From Prevotella sp. (GTDB taxonomy: Bacteria > Bacteroidota > Bacteroidia > Bacteroidales > Dysgonomonadaceae): 64,000 bases of DNA. The position numbers and the translations under genes were made by a program. The notes beneath the pieces are model-generated. The model worked only from the letters and a program-made list of their open reading frames with translations. It had not been told where the DNA came from and did no database searches. This document shows, in pieces, positions 28,742 through 37,891 of this stretch. Where the stretch lies: positions 22,079-86,078 of the forward strand of contig JAITVV010000036.1 in the NCBI GenBank assembly GCA_031285625.1, given 5' to 3'. Position 1 is the stretch's first letter; each line of letters begins with the position of its first letter.

Positions 28742-29362
28742 TTAGAATCCGCCTCTTTTTGTATTTATTTTTTCATCAATTTTTATTTTCCACTTGTCAT
28801 TCTTATCAATAGTAAAATATACTTTGTGATAATATATACCTGAATAACGCCCCTTTGACGTGATCGGACTGTTCTTAAGTCTGCCATCCAGTATGAATTC
28901 AAAGGCTTGAGTATTGTTATCAGAAGTTCTTATGATAAATTGTTCTATTCCGGCATATTCCAGGCCAAGAGAATCTGTTTTATTTATTGCCTGCTGACAG
29001 ATATCCGGAATTTTTGAAAAATCGTAATCATTTATTGAAGTGGGTTTTTGATAATCACTTTTAGTTTTAATAGTTTCTTCCTTTAATATTTTCCATGTGG
29101 ACAGATCAATAGTGATATTTTTCTGCCCGCTATTTTCTGATGGGCTATAAGTAACGAATGCAGTTCCCATAATATTTAGTGAGCGGTCAGCAGATAGAAG
29201 TACTACTTCATCGATATGATTCTTATCTCCCAATAATTTGATCATCTCCTTATGGAATTTCTTAATATCAGCTTCGTCAGTGATACTTACCCCCAGCCAG
29301 CTATCACAGGATATAAAAATGAAAGTAAGTATAATGAGTCCTGTTTTTTTTAGGTTTTCCAT
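28742..29362 (-). CDS. Hypothetical lipoprotein
   Basis: 206-aa ORF with lipobox IFISC. Confidence 0.7.
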   Translation of the reverse strand: MENLKKTGLIILTFIFISCDSWLGVSITDEADIKKFHKEMIKLLGDKNHIDEVVLLSADRSLNIMGTAFVTYSPSENSGQKNITIDLSTWKILKEETIKTKSDYQKPTSINDYDFSKIPDICQQAINKTDSLGLEYAGIEQFIIRTSDNNTQAFEFILDGRLKNSPITSKGRYSGIYYHKVYFTIDKNDKWKIKIDEKINTKRGGF

Positions 29363-29666
29363 TTTATCATCATTTGAGAAGTATAAAAGAAATAAAAATA
29401 CTTTTCAAAAAGAAATACAGGGAGAACTCTTTTAAGAAATTATTAATTCTCATTTGTTAATTTCTTTTTATTTGCTCAAAATATTGATCTTTTTTTCGTC
29501 AAGTTATCAGAATGTAAACTTCACATGACAAAATGCTGTGTTTTGGCTTCTGATGCGATTTTTTATTAAGTTATTGATAAAATATATGAGTCATTTTGTT
29601 CTTTTTTGAGAAATAAAAAAAGTATCTTTGTGGACTGTAAAAACAAAGTATGTTAAAAACGAGGAT

Positions 29667-30035
29667 ATGAATTCAAATCTATATGATTTTATACCTATTC
29701 TGATGCAAATCGCCTTTTCGGTCGTGTTTGTGTTTGCAACGGTATTTGCATCAAAAATGTTGGGCCCGAGCCGGAAAAATGCACGCAAAGATGCTAATTT
29801 CGAATGTGGTCTCGATCCTATAGGCAACGCTCGTTCGCCTTTTTCTATCAAATATTTTTTAGTTGCTATTTTGTTTGTCCTTTTCGATATAGAAATCGTT
29901 TTTATGTACCCCTGGGCTGTAAATTTTAAAGCCATAGGGTGGGAAGGCCTTTTGAAGATGGGCGGTTTCATAGCAATGTTGCTTGTGGGTTATCTCTATA
30001 TTGTAAAGCGCAAAGCTTTGGAATGGGAAAAATAA
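29667..30035 (+). CDS. nuoA: NADH-quinone oxidoreductase subunit A
   Basis: FECG, LFVLFDIE, YPWA; start MNSNL at 29667 (TATCTTTG promoter element at 29623-30). Confidence 0.95.
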   Translation: MNSNLYDFIPILMQIAFSVVFVFATVFASKMLGPSRKNARKDANFECGLDPIGNARSPFSIKYFLVAILFVLFDIEIVFMYPWAVNFKAIGWEGLLKMGGFIAMLLVGYLYIVKRKALEWEK

Positions 30036-30117
30036 AGTTGGCAAGTGTTTATAAGTATTTAACTATATATTGTCAGATATAGCGATTGATAATTGTTATA
30101 CTTATATAATAACTAGA

Positions 30118-30130
30118 AGGTCTGTGACCT
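30118..30130 (+). repeat. Dispersed palindromic leader motif AGGTC-N3-GACCT, copy 2
   Basis: AGGTCTGTGACCT, 16 nt upstream of the nuoB ATG. Confidence 0.65.
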
Positions 30131-30146
30131 TAAATATACAAAAGTT

Positions 30147-30695
30147 ATGAGTAAATCAAATATAAATGTAGTGCCGGCTCCTGAAGGATATACAGGGCAT
30201 GGGTTCTTTGCTACAAAATTCGATTATGTCATAGGATTGGCTCGTGCCAATTCCCTATGGCCTTTGCCTTTTGCTACATCATGTTGCGGTATCGAGTTTA
30301 TGGCAACTATGGCAGCAACTTATGATATGGGGCGTTTTGGTGCAGAACGTAACAGTTTCTCGCCGCGTCAGGCTGATATGTTGCTGGTAATGGGTACTAT
30401 TTCTAAAAAAATGGCACCTATCCTGCGTCATGTATATGAGCAGATGGCTGAGCCTAAATGGGTGATCGCCGTAGGTGCATGTGCTTCTTCGGGAGGTATT
30501 TTTGATACTTATTCTGTTTTGCAGGGCATAGACAAAGTTATCCCTGTAGATGTATATGTTCCCGGTTGCCCTCCTCGTCCTGAACAAATATTGGATGGTG
30601 TGATGCAACTACAGGAACTGGTAAAACATGAATCTATTCATCGCAGAGGCTCGGAGAGATATCAGGAGCTTCTTGAATCATATAAATTTGAATAA
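30147..30695 (+). CDS. nuoB: NADH-quinone oxidoreductase subunit B
   Basis: [24 protein letters not shown] (N2 cluster ligands). Confidence 0.97.
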   Translation: MSKSNINVVPAPEGYTGHGFFATKFDYVIGLARANSLWPLPFATSCCGIEFMATMAATYDMGRFGAERNSFSPRQADMLLVMGTISKKMAPILRHVYEQMAEPKWVIAVGACASSGGIFDTYSVLQGIDKVIPVDVYVPGCPPRPEQILDGVMQLQELVKHESIHRRGSERYQELLESYKFE

Positions 30696-31228
30696 TGGCT
30701 CTCGAAACCATAGTTATTGAAAATAAGATAAGCGAGAAATTCGGAGCGGAAGTAATGAATTTCAGAATGGAGCGTGATATTTTTACTTTTGAAGCTGCAC
30801 CTAGTGTAATAAAAGAAGTAATCCGTTTCATGAAAGATGATGAAACCTTACGGTTTAATTTCCTGACAGACTTGTGCGGGGTGCATTATCCCGATAATGA
30901 AAAGAAGGCTCAGTTTGCAGTGGTTTATCTACTTCACAACTGGATAGATAATGTGCGTGTCAGGGTGAAAACGTTTTTGGATGGAGGTAAACCTGAGGTT
31001 GATTCTGTTGTGGAGGTTTTTGCTTCAGCTAACTGGATGGAACGTGAGACATATGATTTTTATGGAATAATATTTAAGGGGCATCCAAACCTGAAACGCA
31101 TATTAAATGATGATGGTATGGTTTCCTTTCCTATGCGTAAAGATTATCCGCTGGAAGATCCGGGGCGTACAGATAAAGACGACCGCTTCTTTGGCAGGAC
31201 TCCAAATAATTATGAACCAACAAAATAA
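30695..31228 (+). CDS. nuoC: NADH-quinone oxidoreductase subunit C (not fused to D)
   Basis: ANWMERETYDFYGIIFKGHPNLKRIL, PMRKDYPL. Confidence 0.96.
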   Translation: MALETIVIENKISEKFGAEVMNFRMERDIFTFEAAPSVIKEVIRFMKDDETLRFNFLTDLCGVHYPDNEKKAQFAVVYLLHNWIDNVRVRVKTFLDGGKPEVDSVVEVFASANWMERETYDFYGIIFKGHPNLKRILNDDGMVSFPMRKDYPLEDPGRTDKDDRFFGRTPNNYEPTK

Positions 31229-31243
31229 AAGCAAAGTCAGGAA

Positions 31244-32479
31244 ATGTCAGATCAACTAATAAATCCGGAACATCGCTTTGCGAAAATTGTAAGAGAACAA
31301 ACCTTTGAAGATGGGAGGGAACTGTCCGTTCTTAATTTCGGGCCTACTCATCCTTCTACTCACGGTGTGTTTCAAAATATCCTGCTGATGGATGGTGAAC
31401 GCATCTTAGATGCTGAAACTACTATCGGTTATATTCACCGTGCCTTTGAAAAAATTGCTGAACATAGGACTTTTTATCAGATAACCACTCTGACCGATCG
31501 TATGAACTACTGTTCTGCACCTTTGAATAATATGGCTTGGTGGATGACTGTGGAAAAGTCACTTGGTGTAGAAGTACCTAAGCGTGCACAATATATGCGT
31601 GTCATTGTAATGGAACTTGCACGTATCACCGACCACCTGATCTGTAACTCTATCTTGGGAGTTGACTTAGGTGCTTATACTCCTTTCCTATATGTGATGC
31701 AGTACAGAGAGTTGGCATACGAAATTTATGAAGAGATTTGTGGAGCGCGTATGACTACGAATATGGGACGTATCGGTGGTTTTGAAAGAGATTGGAGTGA
31801 AACTGCATGGCGTAAGCTGGATCAGTTTATCGAAGGCTTCCCTAAGGCATGGGATCAGTTAGAAAGATTGTTCGTTCGCAACCGCATATTTATGGATCGT
31901 ATTGTTGGAGTAGGAGCCATATCTGCCGAAAAAGCTATTAATTATGGTTTTACAGGTCCTAACTTACGGGCTACCGGAGTTGATTATGATGTCCGTGTAG
32001 CTAGTCCATATAGTTCATACGAAGACTTTGATTTTGTTGTACCTGTGGGCTCTGCCGGTGATACATATGATCGCTGGTGTGTACGTGCAGCTGAAATAAA
32101 AGAAAGCTTGAAGATTATTCGTCAGGCCCGGGATAATATGCCTGATGGCAGCTTCCACGCCGATGTCCCCGATTATTACCTCCCTCCTAAAGAAGAGGTT
32201 TATACAAAGATGGAACAATTAATCCAGCATTTTAAGATTGTGATGGGTGAAATTCCTGTTCCGATAGCAGAAGTATATCATTCTGTAGAAGGTGCGAACG
32301 GGGAGTTGGGTATATATCTGATTACAGATGGTTCGCGTGCTCCGTTCAGGGTACACTTTCGCAGGCCATGTTTTATATATTATCAGGCGTTCCCTGAAAT
32401 GATAAAAGGCGGTATGTTTTCGGATGCTGTCGCTACACTATCAAGTATTAATGTTATTGCCGGAGAATTAGATGCTTAA
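31244..32479 (+). CDS. nuoD: NADH-quinone oxidoreductase subunit D
   Basis: NFGPTHPSTHGV, GYIHRAFEK, DRMNY, C-terminal GELDA. Confidence 0.97.
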   Translation: MSDQLINPEHRFAKIVREQTFEDGRELSVLNFGPTHPSTHGVFQNILLMDGERILDAETTIGYIHRAFEKIAEHRTFYQITTLTDRMNYCSAPLNNMAWWMTVEKSLGVEVPKRAQYMRVIVMELARITDHLICNSILGVDLGAYTPFLYVMQYRELAYEIYEEICGARMTTNMGRIGGFERDWSETAWRKLDQFIEGFPKAWDQLERLFVRNRIFMDRIVGVGAISAEKAINYGFTGPNLRATGVDYDVRVASPYSSYEDFDFVVPVGSAGDTYDRWCVRAAEIKESLKIIRQARDNMPDGSFHADVPDYYLPPKEEVYTKMEQLIQHFKIVMGEIPVPIAEVYHSVEGANGELGIYLITDGSRAPFRVHFRRPCFIYYQAFPEMIKGGMFSDAVATLSSINVIAGELDA

Positions 32480-32481
32480 TC

Positions 32482-33012
32482 ATGTCAATGGAAACTAGAG
32501 AATATAAACAAGTAATAAATATGTCGGAAAGTTTAATGGCCCGCATCAACGAACTGTTAAGCCATTATCCTGCCGATAAAAAGAAGTCTGCTCTTTTACC
32601 TGTCCTTCATGCAGTACAAGATGCTCATGACAATTGGCTGAGCCTTGAACTGATGGATAAGGTAGCCGAAATATTAGAGATAACACCTATCGAGGTTTAT
32701 GAAGTGGTGACATTTTATACAATGTTTAATCAGAAACCGATAGCAAAATATATGTTTGAGTTTTGCCGTACCGCATGCTGTGGCTTGCGTGGAGGTGAAA
32801 ACCTGATGGATTATACCTGTCAGAAACTGGGTGTAAACCCCGGGGAGATAACTTCTGATGGCATGTTCAGCGTTGTAGGTGTAGAGTGTCTGGGAGCTTG
32901 TGGCTATGGGCCGATGCTCCAATTGGGAGATAATTATCATGAGAATCTTACCAAAGAAAAAATAGATACGCTGATTGAAGATTGTAAACAAGGAAAAGTA
33001 AACCTATATTAA
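32482..33012 (+). CDS. nuoE: NADH-quinone oxidoreductase subunit E
   Basis: VVTFYTMF, C-x4-C...CLGAC 2Fe-2S ligands. Confidence 0.95.
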   Translation: MSMETREYKQVINMSESLMARINELLSHYPADKKKSALLPVLHAVQDAHDNWLSLELMDKVAEILEITPIEVYEVVTFYTMFNQKPIAKYMFEFCRTACCGLRGGENLMDYTCQKLGVNPGEITSDGMFSVVGVECLGACGYGPMLQLGDNYHENLTKEKIDTLIEDCKQGKVNLY

Positions 33013-33017
33013 TTGCG

Positions 33018-34373
33018 ATGGCTAGAAAAGTATTATTTGAGAAATTAGATATTCCGGGAATACAGGAATACGAGGTTTATCGCAAAAATGGCGGCTATTC
33101 ATCTGTGGAGAAAGCACTGAAAAACATGACACCCGATGAGGTAGTGGAAGAAGTGAAAACTTCCGGTATGCGTGGACGCGGGGGAGCTGGTTTCCCTATG
33201 GGGATGAAATGGAGTTTTATTGATAAGAAATCGGGAAAACCCCGCCATCTGGTGGTAAATGCCGATGAGTCGGAGCCGGGTACGTTCAAAGACCGTTTCC
33301 TGATGCATCACATCCCTCATTTACTGATAGAAGGCGCTATTGTATCCAGTTATGCACTGGAAGCTAATTTATCATATATCTATATCCGCGGCGAATATAT
33401 GTGGATATTCAAGATATTGGAGAAAGCAATAAAGGAAGCCTATGCCAACGGTTGGCTGGGTAAAAATATATTGGGTACAGGCTACGACCTCGACTTGTAT
33501 GTGCACTGCGGAGCAGGAGCATATATCTGCGGGGAAGAGACTGCCCTTATCGAATCACTGGAAGGTAAGCGCGGTAATCCGCGTATTAAACCGCCATTTC
33601 CTGCTGTGAGCGGATTATGGGGAGAGCCAACGGTGGTAAATAATGTAGAGTCTATTTCTACTGTATCATGGATTGTAAATAACGGTGGTGCAGAATATGC
33701 TAAAATCGGGGTAGGCAAGTCAACAGGAACTAAGCTGATGTCAGCCTCTGGACATATTAAGAATCCGGGTGTATACGAAATAGAACTGGGGTTAACAGTG
33801 GACGAATTCTTTAATTCGGATGAATACTGCGGTGGTATGATGGATGACCGTCCTCTTAAGGCATGTATTCCGGGTGGATGCTCCGTGCCTATTTTACCTC
33901 CTCAATATATATTTAAAACGGCGAATGGCGAAGACCGTTTGATCACTTATGAATCATTGGCTGATGGAGGTTTTGTTACAGGTTCGTCATTAGGATCAGG
34001 AGGGTTTATCGTATACAATGATACAGCATGTATTGTACGCAATACATGGAACTTCTCACGTTTCTTCCATCACGAAAGTTGCGGACAATGCTCTCCTTGT
34101 CGTGAGGGTACAGGGTGGATGGATAAAATACTCCATCGTATCGAAACGGGTGAGGGCAGAGAAGAAGATATCGACTTGCTGTGGAGTATACAGAGTAAAA
34201 TAGAAGGGAATACGATATGTCCTCTGGGAGATGCGGCATCGTGGCCGGTAGCTGCTGCAATACGCCATTTCCGCGAAGAGTTTGAATATCATGTCCGTTT
34301 CCCTGAAAAGATAAAAGACAGGAATCACTTTGTGAACGAACCAATGGAAAAAGTTCGTCACCTATTAGGATAA
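33018..34373 (+). CDS. nuoF: NADH-quinone oxidoreductase subunit F
   Basis: GRGGAGFP, NADESEPGTFKDR, GAGAYICGEETAL, ESCGQCSPCREG, TICPLG. Confidence 0.97.
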   Translation: MARKVLFEKLDIPGIQEYEVYRKNGGYSSVEKALKNMTPDEVVEEVKTSGMRGRGGAGFPMGMKWSFIDKKSGKPRHLVVNADESEPGTFKDRFLMHHIPHLLIEGAIVSSYALEANLSYIYIRGEYMWIFKILEKAIKEAYANGWLGKNILGTGYDLDLYVHCGAGAYICGEETALIESLEGKRGNPRIKPPFPAVSGLWGEPTVVNNVESISTVSWIVNNGGAEYAKIGVGKSTGTKLMSASGHIKNPGVYEIELGLTVDEFFNSDEYCGGMMDDRPLKACIPGGCSVPILPPQYIFKTANGEDRLITYESLADGGFVTGSSLGSGGFIVYNDTACIVRNTWNFSRFFHHESCGQCSPCREGTGWMDKILHRIETGEGREEDIDLLWSIQSKIEGNTICPLGDAASWPVAAAIRHFREEFEYHVRFPEKIKDRNHFVNEPMEKVRHLLG

Positions 34374-34379
34374 AGCAAT

Positions 34380-35426
34380 ATGAAAATTACAATAGATGGA
34401 CATACTATAGAGGTTGACGCTGGAACTACTGTGTTGGAAGCTGCACGTATGATTGGCGGCGCAAGTGTTCCTCCTACTATGTGCTATTACTCAAAACTGA
34501 AGGACTGTGGTGGAAAATGCCGCTGCTGTCTGGTTGAAATAAGCAAAGGTAGCGAAAGAGATCCTCGTCCGATGCCAAAACTTCAACCGTCATGTGTAAC
34601 AGCAGTTCAGGATGGTATGGAAGTAAAAAGCGCTACGTCCGAGAGAGCTTTGGAAGCAAGAAAGGCTGTAACGGAATTTCTGCTTATCAATCACCCGTTG
34701 GACTGTCCTGTGTGTGATCAGGCAGGGGAATGTGATTTGCAAAATCTGGCGTATGGAAATGAAAATTTCAAGTCTCGCTTTATTGAACAAAAAAGAACAT
34801 TCGAACCTGAAGATATAGGACCATACATACAGTTGCATATGAACCGTTGCGTTCTTTGTTACCGTTGTGTGAAACTAGCTGATCAGCTTACTCCCGAACG
34901 TGTACACGGGGTAGTTGGCAGAGGCGATCATGCTCAAATATCTACGTATATCGAACGTGCTATAGATAATGATTTTTCGGGTAATGTAATCGATGTGTGT
35001 CCTGTGGGAGCACTTACTGATAAAACATTCCGTTTCAAATCGCGTGTATGGTTCAACAAACCGTTCAATGCGCACCGTCATTGTACAAAATGTTCTGGCA
35101 AAGTTACATTGTGGATGTTCGGCGACACGGTTCAACGTGTAACTGCACGCAAAGATCAATGGCATGAGGTGGAAGACTTTATCTGTAACGAATGCCGCTT
35201 CGAGCATAAAAATGCTGAAGATTGGGTGATTGAAGGCCCTCGTAAGTTTGAGAAACCGTCGGTTATCAATGTAAATAATTACACTGAGCCTATCCATAAG
35301 GTTAAGATAAATACAGATGATCTGGTACTGGAAGGACGTGAACAAGACCAGAAGAAAATAAGCATGGCAGCATCTCCTTATGATGCTGAAGAGCTTGAAG
35401 CAATTAAGAAAACAAAAGAAGAATAA
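34380..35426 (+). CDS. nuoG: NADH-quinone oxidoreductase subunit G, short form (Fe-S domain only)
   Basis: CRCC, HPLDCPVCDQAGECDLQ, RCVLCYRC, DVCPVGAL; only 348 aa. Confidence 0.92.
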   Translation: MKITIDGHTIEVDAGTTVLEAARMIGGASVPPTMCYYSKLKDCGGKCRCCLVEISKGSERDPRPMPKLQPSCVTAVQDGMEVKSATSERALEARKAVTEFLLINHPLDCPVCDQAGECDLQNLAYGNENFKSRFIEQKRTFEPEDIGPYIQLHMNRCVLCYRCVKLADQLTPERVHGVVGRGDHAQISTYIERAIDNDFSGNVIDVCPVGALTDKTFRFKSRVWFNKPFNAHRHCTKCSGKVTLWMFGDTVQRVTARKDQWHEVEDFICNECRFEHKNAEDWVIEGPRKFEKPSVINVNNYTEPIHKVKINTDDLVLEGREQDQKKISMAASPYDAEELEAIKKTKEE

Positions 35427-35434
35427 ATAAAATA

Positions 35435-36478
35435 ATGGAAGTTGCACTTATTTTAGAGAAATTAATCCTTATTGTTCTTGTATTTGCAGTCACAATGCTT
35501 TTTGCATTATATGCTACATATGCAGAACGTAAAGTAGCCGGTTTTTTGCAAGACCGATTAGGCCCTAACCGTGCAGGTATTTTTGGTTTGTTACAACCTA
35601 TCTGCGATGGAGCAAAGCTTTTTTCTAAAGAGGAATTTATGCCGAATACTCCCAACAAGATTCTGTTTGTGGTAGGGCCGGCTGTAGCTATGATTATCTC
35701 TTTGCTGGGGGTCGCATTGATTCCTTGGGGAGCAAAATTTGAAATTCCGGGCTACGGAGATTTCTTACCTTACATTGGAGATGTAAATGTTGCTATCCTT
35801 TATATAGTGGCAGTTTTATCTACCAGCGTATATGGTATTGTAATCGGAGGATGGGCTTCAAATAATAAATACTCCCTGATGGGTAGTATTCGTGCAGGAG
35901 CTCAGATGATCTCTTATGAAATAGCAATGGGGCTTTCTCTTATAGCATTGGTGATGATGACAGGCTCACTTAGTCTGCTTGATATAACTGAACAACAAAG
36001 TGGCTGGCATGGGATGGAGTGGAATGTGATTTATCAGCCATTGACATTTATTATTTTCCTCGTATGTTCCTTTGCAGAGTGTAACCGTACTCCGTTTGAC
36101 CTTGCAGAATGTGAATCAGAATTGGTTAACGGTCACCATGTAGAATATTCTTCGTTAGGAATGGGATTCTTTATGTTCTCCGAATATGCAAGTATGTTTT
36201 TCTCATCTGCATTTATATCAGTCCTTTTCTTTGGTGGATATAATTATCCGGGAATAGACTGGGTAACAGAAAACTGGGGAATTAATATAGCTAGTGGATT
36301 AGGAGTTTTATCACTTCTTGCTAAAACAACATTCTTTATCTTCTTCTATATGTGGGTGCGCTGGACAATCCCAAGATTCCGCTACGACCAACTGATGAAA
36401 CTAGGCTGGAAGATGTTATTTCCGTTAGCTATAGTAAATATCTTTTTGGTTGGAATTTGTATCCTGATTTTTAAATGA
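35435..36478 (+). CDS. nuoH: NADH-quinone oxidoreductase subunit H
   Basis: ERKVAG..QDRLGPN, AQMISYE, NRTPFDL, PRFRYDQ. Confidence 0.97.
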   Translation: MEVALILEKLILIVLVFAVTMLFALYATYAERKVAGFLQDRLGPNRAGIFGLLQPICDGAKLFSKEEFMPNTPNKILFVVGPAVAMIISLLGVALIPWGAKFEIPGYGDFLPYIGDVNVAILYIVAVLSTSVYGIVIGGWASNNKYSLMGSIRAGAQMISYEIAMGLSLIALVMMTGSLSLLDITEQQSGWHGMEWNVIYQPLTFIIFLVCSFAECNRTPFDLAECESELVNGHHVEYSSLGMGFFMFSEYASMFFSSAFISVLFFGGYNYPGIDWVTENWGINIASGLGVLSLLAKTTFFIFFYMWVRWTIPRFRYDQLMKLGWKMLFPLAIVNIFLVGICILIFK

Positions 36479-36493
36479 AAATAGTGAATTGAG

Positions 36494-37027
36494 ATGTCAA
36501 TAGAAAAAATATCATTATCAGGAAGGAAAACAGAGGTTGTTGATAAAACAATGACATTCTCTGAAAAGATCTACCTGCCTGCTGTGGTGAAAGGGCTTAT
36601 AATTACAATTAAGCACTTTTTTAAAAAGAAGGCTACGATTCAGTATCCTGAACAACAACGCGAATTTAGTCCGGTATACCGGGGACAACATGTGTTGATG
36701 CGTGACGAACATGGTCGTGAACGTTGTACGGCCTGTGGCTTATGTGCTTTGTCTTGCCCTGCTGAAGCCATAACGATGGTAGCAGCCGAACGCAAAAAGG
36801 GCGAAGAAGATCTTTATCGTGAAGAAAAATATGCATCGGTATATGAGATAAATATGCTACGTTGTATATTTTGCGGCTTGTGTGAAGAGGCTTGTCCGAA
36901 GGAGGCTATTTTCCTTACTAAATCGAAGCTTTTGGTAAAACCAAAACTGGAACGCGAAGACTTTATTTATGGTAAAGACAAACTTGTGATTTCGGTAGAA
37001 GATGCCAAAGCCCGTAAATATGATTAA
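36494..37027 (+). CDS. nuoI: NADH-quinone oxidoreductase subunit I
   Basis: Two CxxCxxCxxxCP motifs (CTACGLCALSCP, CIFCGLCEEACP). Confidence 0.96.
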   Translation: MSIEKISLSGRKTEVVDKTMTFSEKIYLPAVVKGLIITIKHFFKKKATIQYPEQQREFSPVYRGQHVLMRDEHGRERCTACGLCALSCPAEAITMVAAERKKGEEDLYREEKYASVYEINMLRCIFCGLCEEACPKEAIFLTKSKLLVKPKLEREDFIYGKDKLVISVEDAKARKYD

Positions 37028-37054
37028 AAAGAGATACGAGATAACTAACATAAT

Positions 37055-37558
37055 ATGATTACAATAATTTTTTATATTCTGGCAGCCATTACACTCGGCA
37101 CAGGGATTTTAACGGTACTCTCCAAAAATCCGATCCATAGCGCAGTGTATATGATTATCTGTTTTTTCTCCATATCAGGGCATTTCCTTTTGTTGAATGC
37201 TTTGTTTCTGGCAGTAATAAACATTGTGGTTTATGCCGGGGCTATTATGGTATTGTTGCTGTTCACACTGATGCTTATGAATCTGAGTGAAAAGCATGAG
37301 CCGAAGAAAAAAGTTATAAGCCGTGTTGCAGCTACTTTATCGGGATGCCTGATGGGAATCGTTTTGCTGGCTGCATTACTGAAATCTACTCCTGTGATAG
37401 AAACCTATAAGGCTGAAGGATTGGATTACCAATCGGTAAGTATTATCGGTCAGGTGCTATTGGATGAGTATTTAGTACCGTTTGAATTTGCATCTATCCT
37501 GTTGATAACAGCTATGATTGGTGCAGTACTGATTTCTAAAAGAGAAAAAAAAGCTTAA
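37055..37558 (+). CDS. nuoJ: NADH-quinone oxidoreductase subunit J
   Basis: NPIHSA, VYAGAIMVL, PFEFASILL. Confidence 0.95.
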   Translation: MITIIFYILAAITLGTGILTVLSKNPIHSAVYMIICFFSISGHFLLLNALFLAVINIVVYAGAIMVLLLFTLMLMNLSEKHEPKKKVISRVAATLSGCLMGIVLLAALLKSTPVIETYKAEGLDYQSVSIIGQVLLDEYLVPFEFASILLITAMIGAVLISKREKKA

Positions 37559-37561
37559 GCT

Positions 37562-37885
37562 ATGCTGAATAATATATTAGAACAAGTAGGAATTGACAAT
37601 TACATCTACCTCTGCATACTGTTGTTTTGTGTGGGTGCAATTGGATTATTGTATCGTCGCAGTACGATAGTCATGTTGATGTCGGTAGAACTAATGCTGG
37701 CTGCAGCCAATATGTTGTTGGCAGTTTTCTCTGTGTACCATCAGGATACCAGTGGACAGGTGTTTGTTATTTTTTCGTTGGCGGTAGCTGCTGCTGAGGT
37801 TGCTGTAGGATTAGCCATATTAGTTGCTATATACAGAAATATCGGCACCATAGATATTGATGAATTGAAAAACTTAAAAGGATAA
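37562..37885 (+). CDS. nuoK: NADH-quinone oxidoreductase subunit K
   Basis: SVELML, AAAEVAVGLA. Confidence 0.95.
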   Translation: MLNNILEQVGIDNYIYLCILLFCVGAIGLLYRRSTIVMLMSVELMLAAANMLLAVFSVYHQDTSGQVFVIFSLAVAAAEVAVGLAILVAIYRNIGTIDIDELKNLKG

Positions 37886-37891
37886 TTTTGG

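Noticed and set aside
29436-29620. Rex/FNR-like operator upstream of nuoA
   Set aside because: Only half-sites (TTGTTAA, TTGAT) without matching partners
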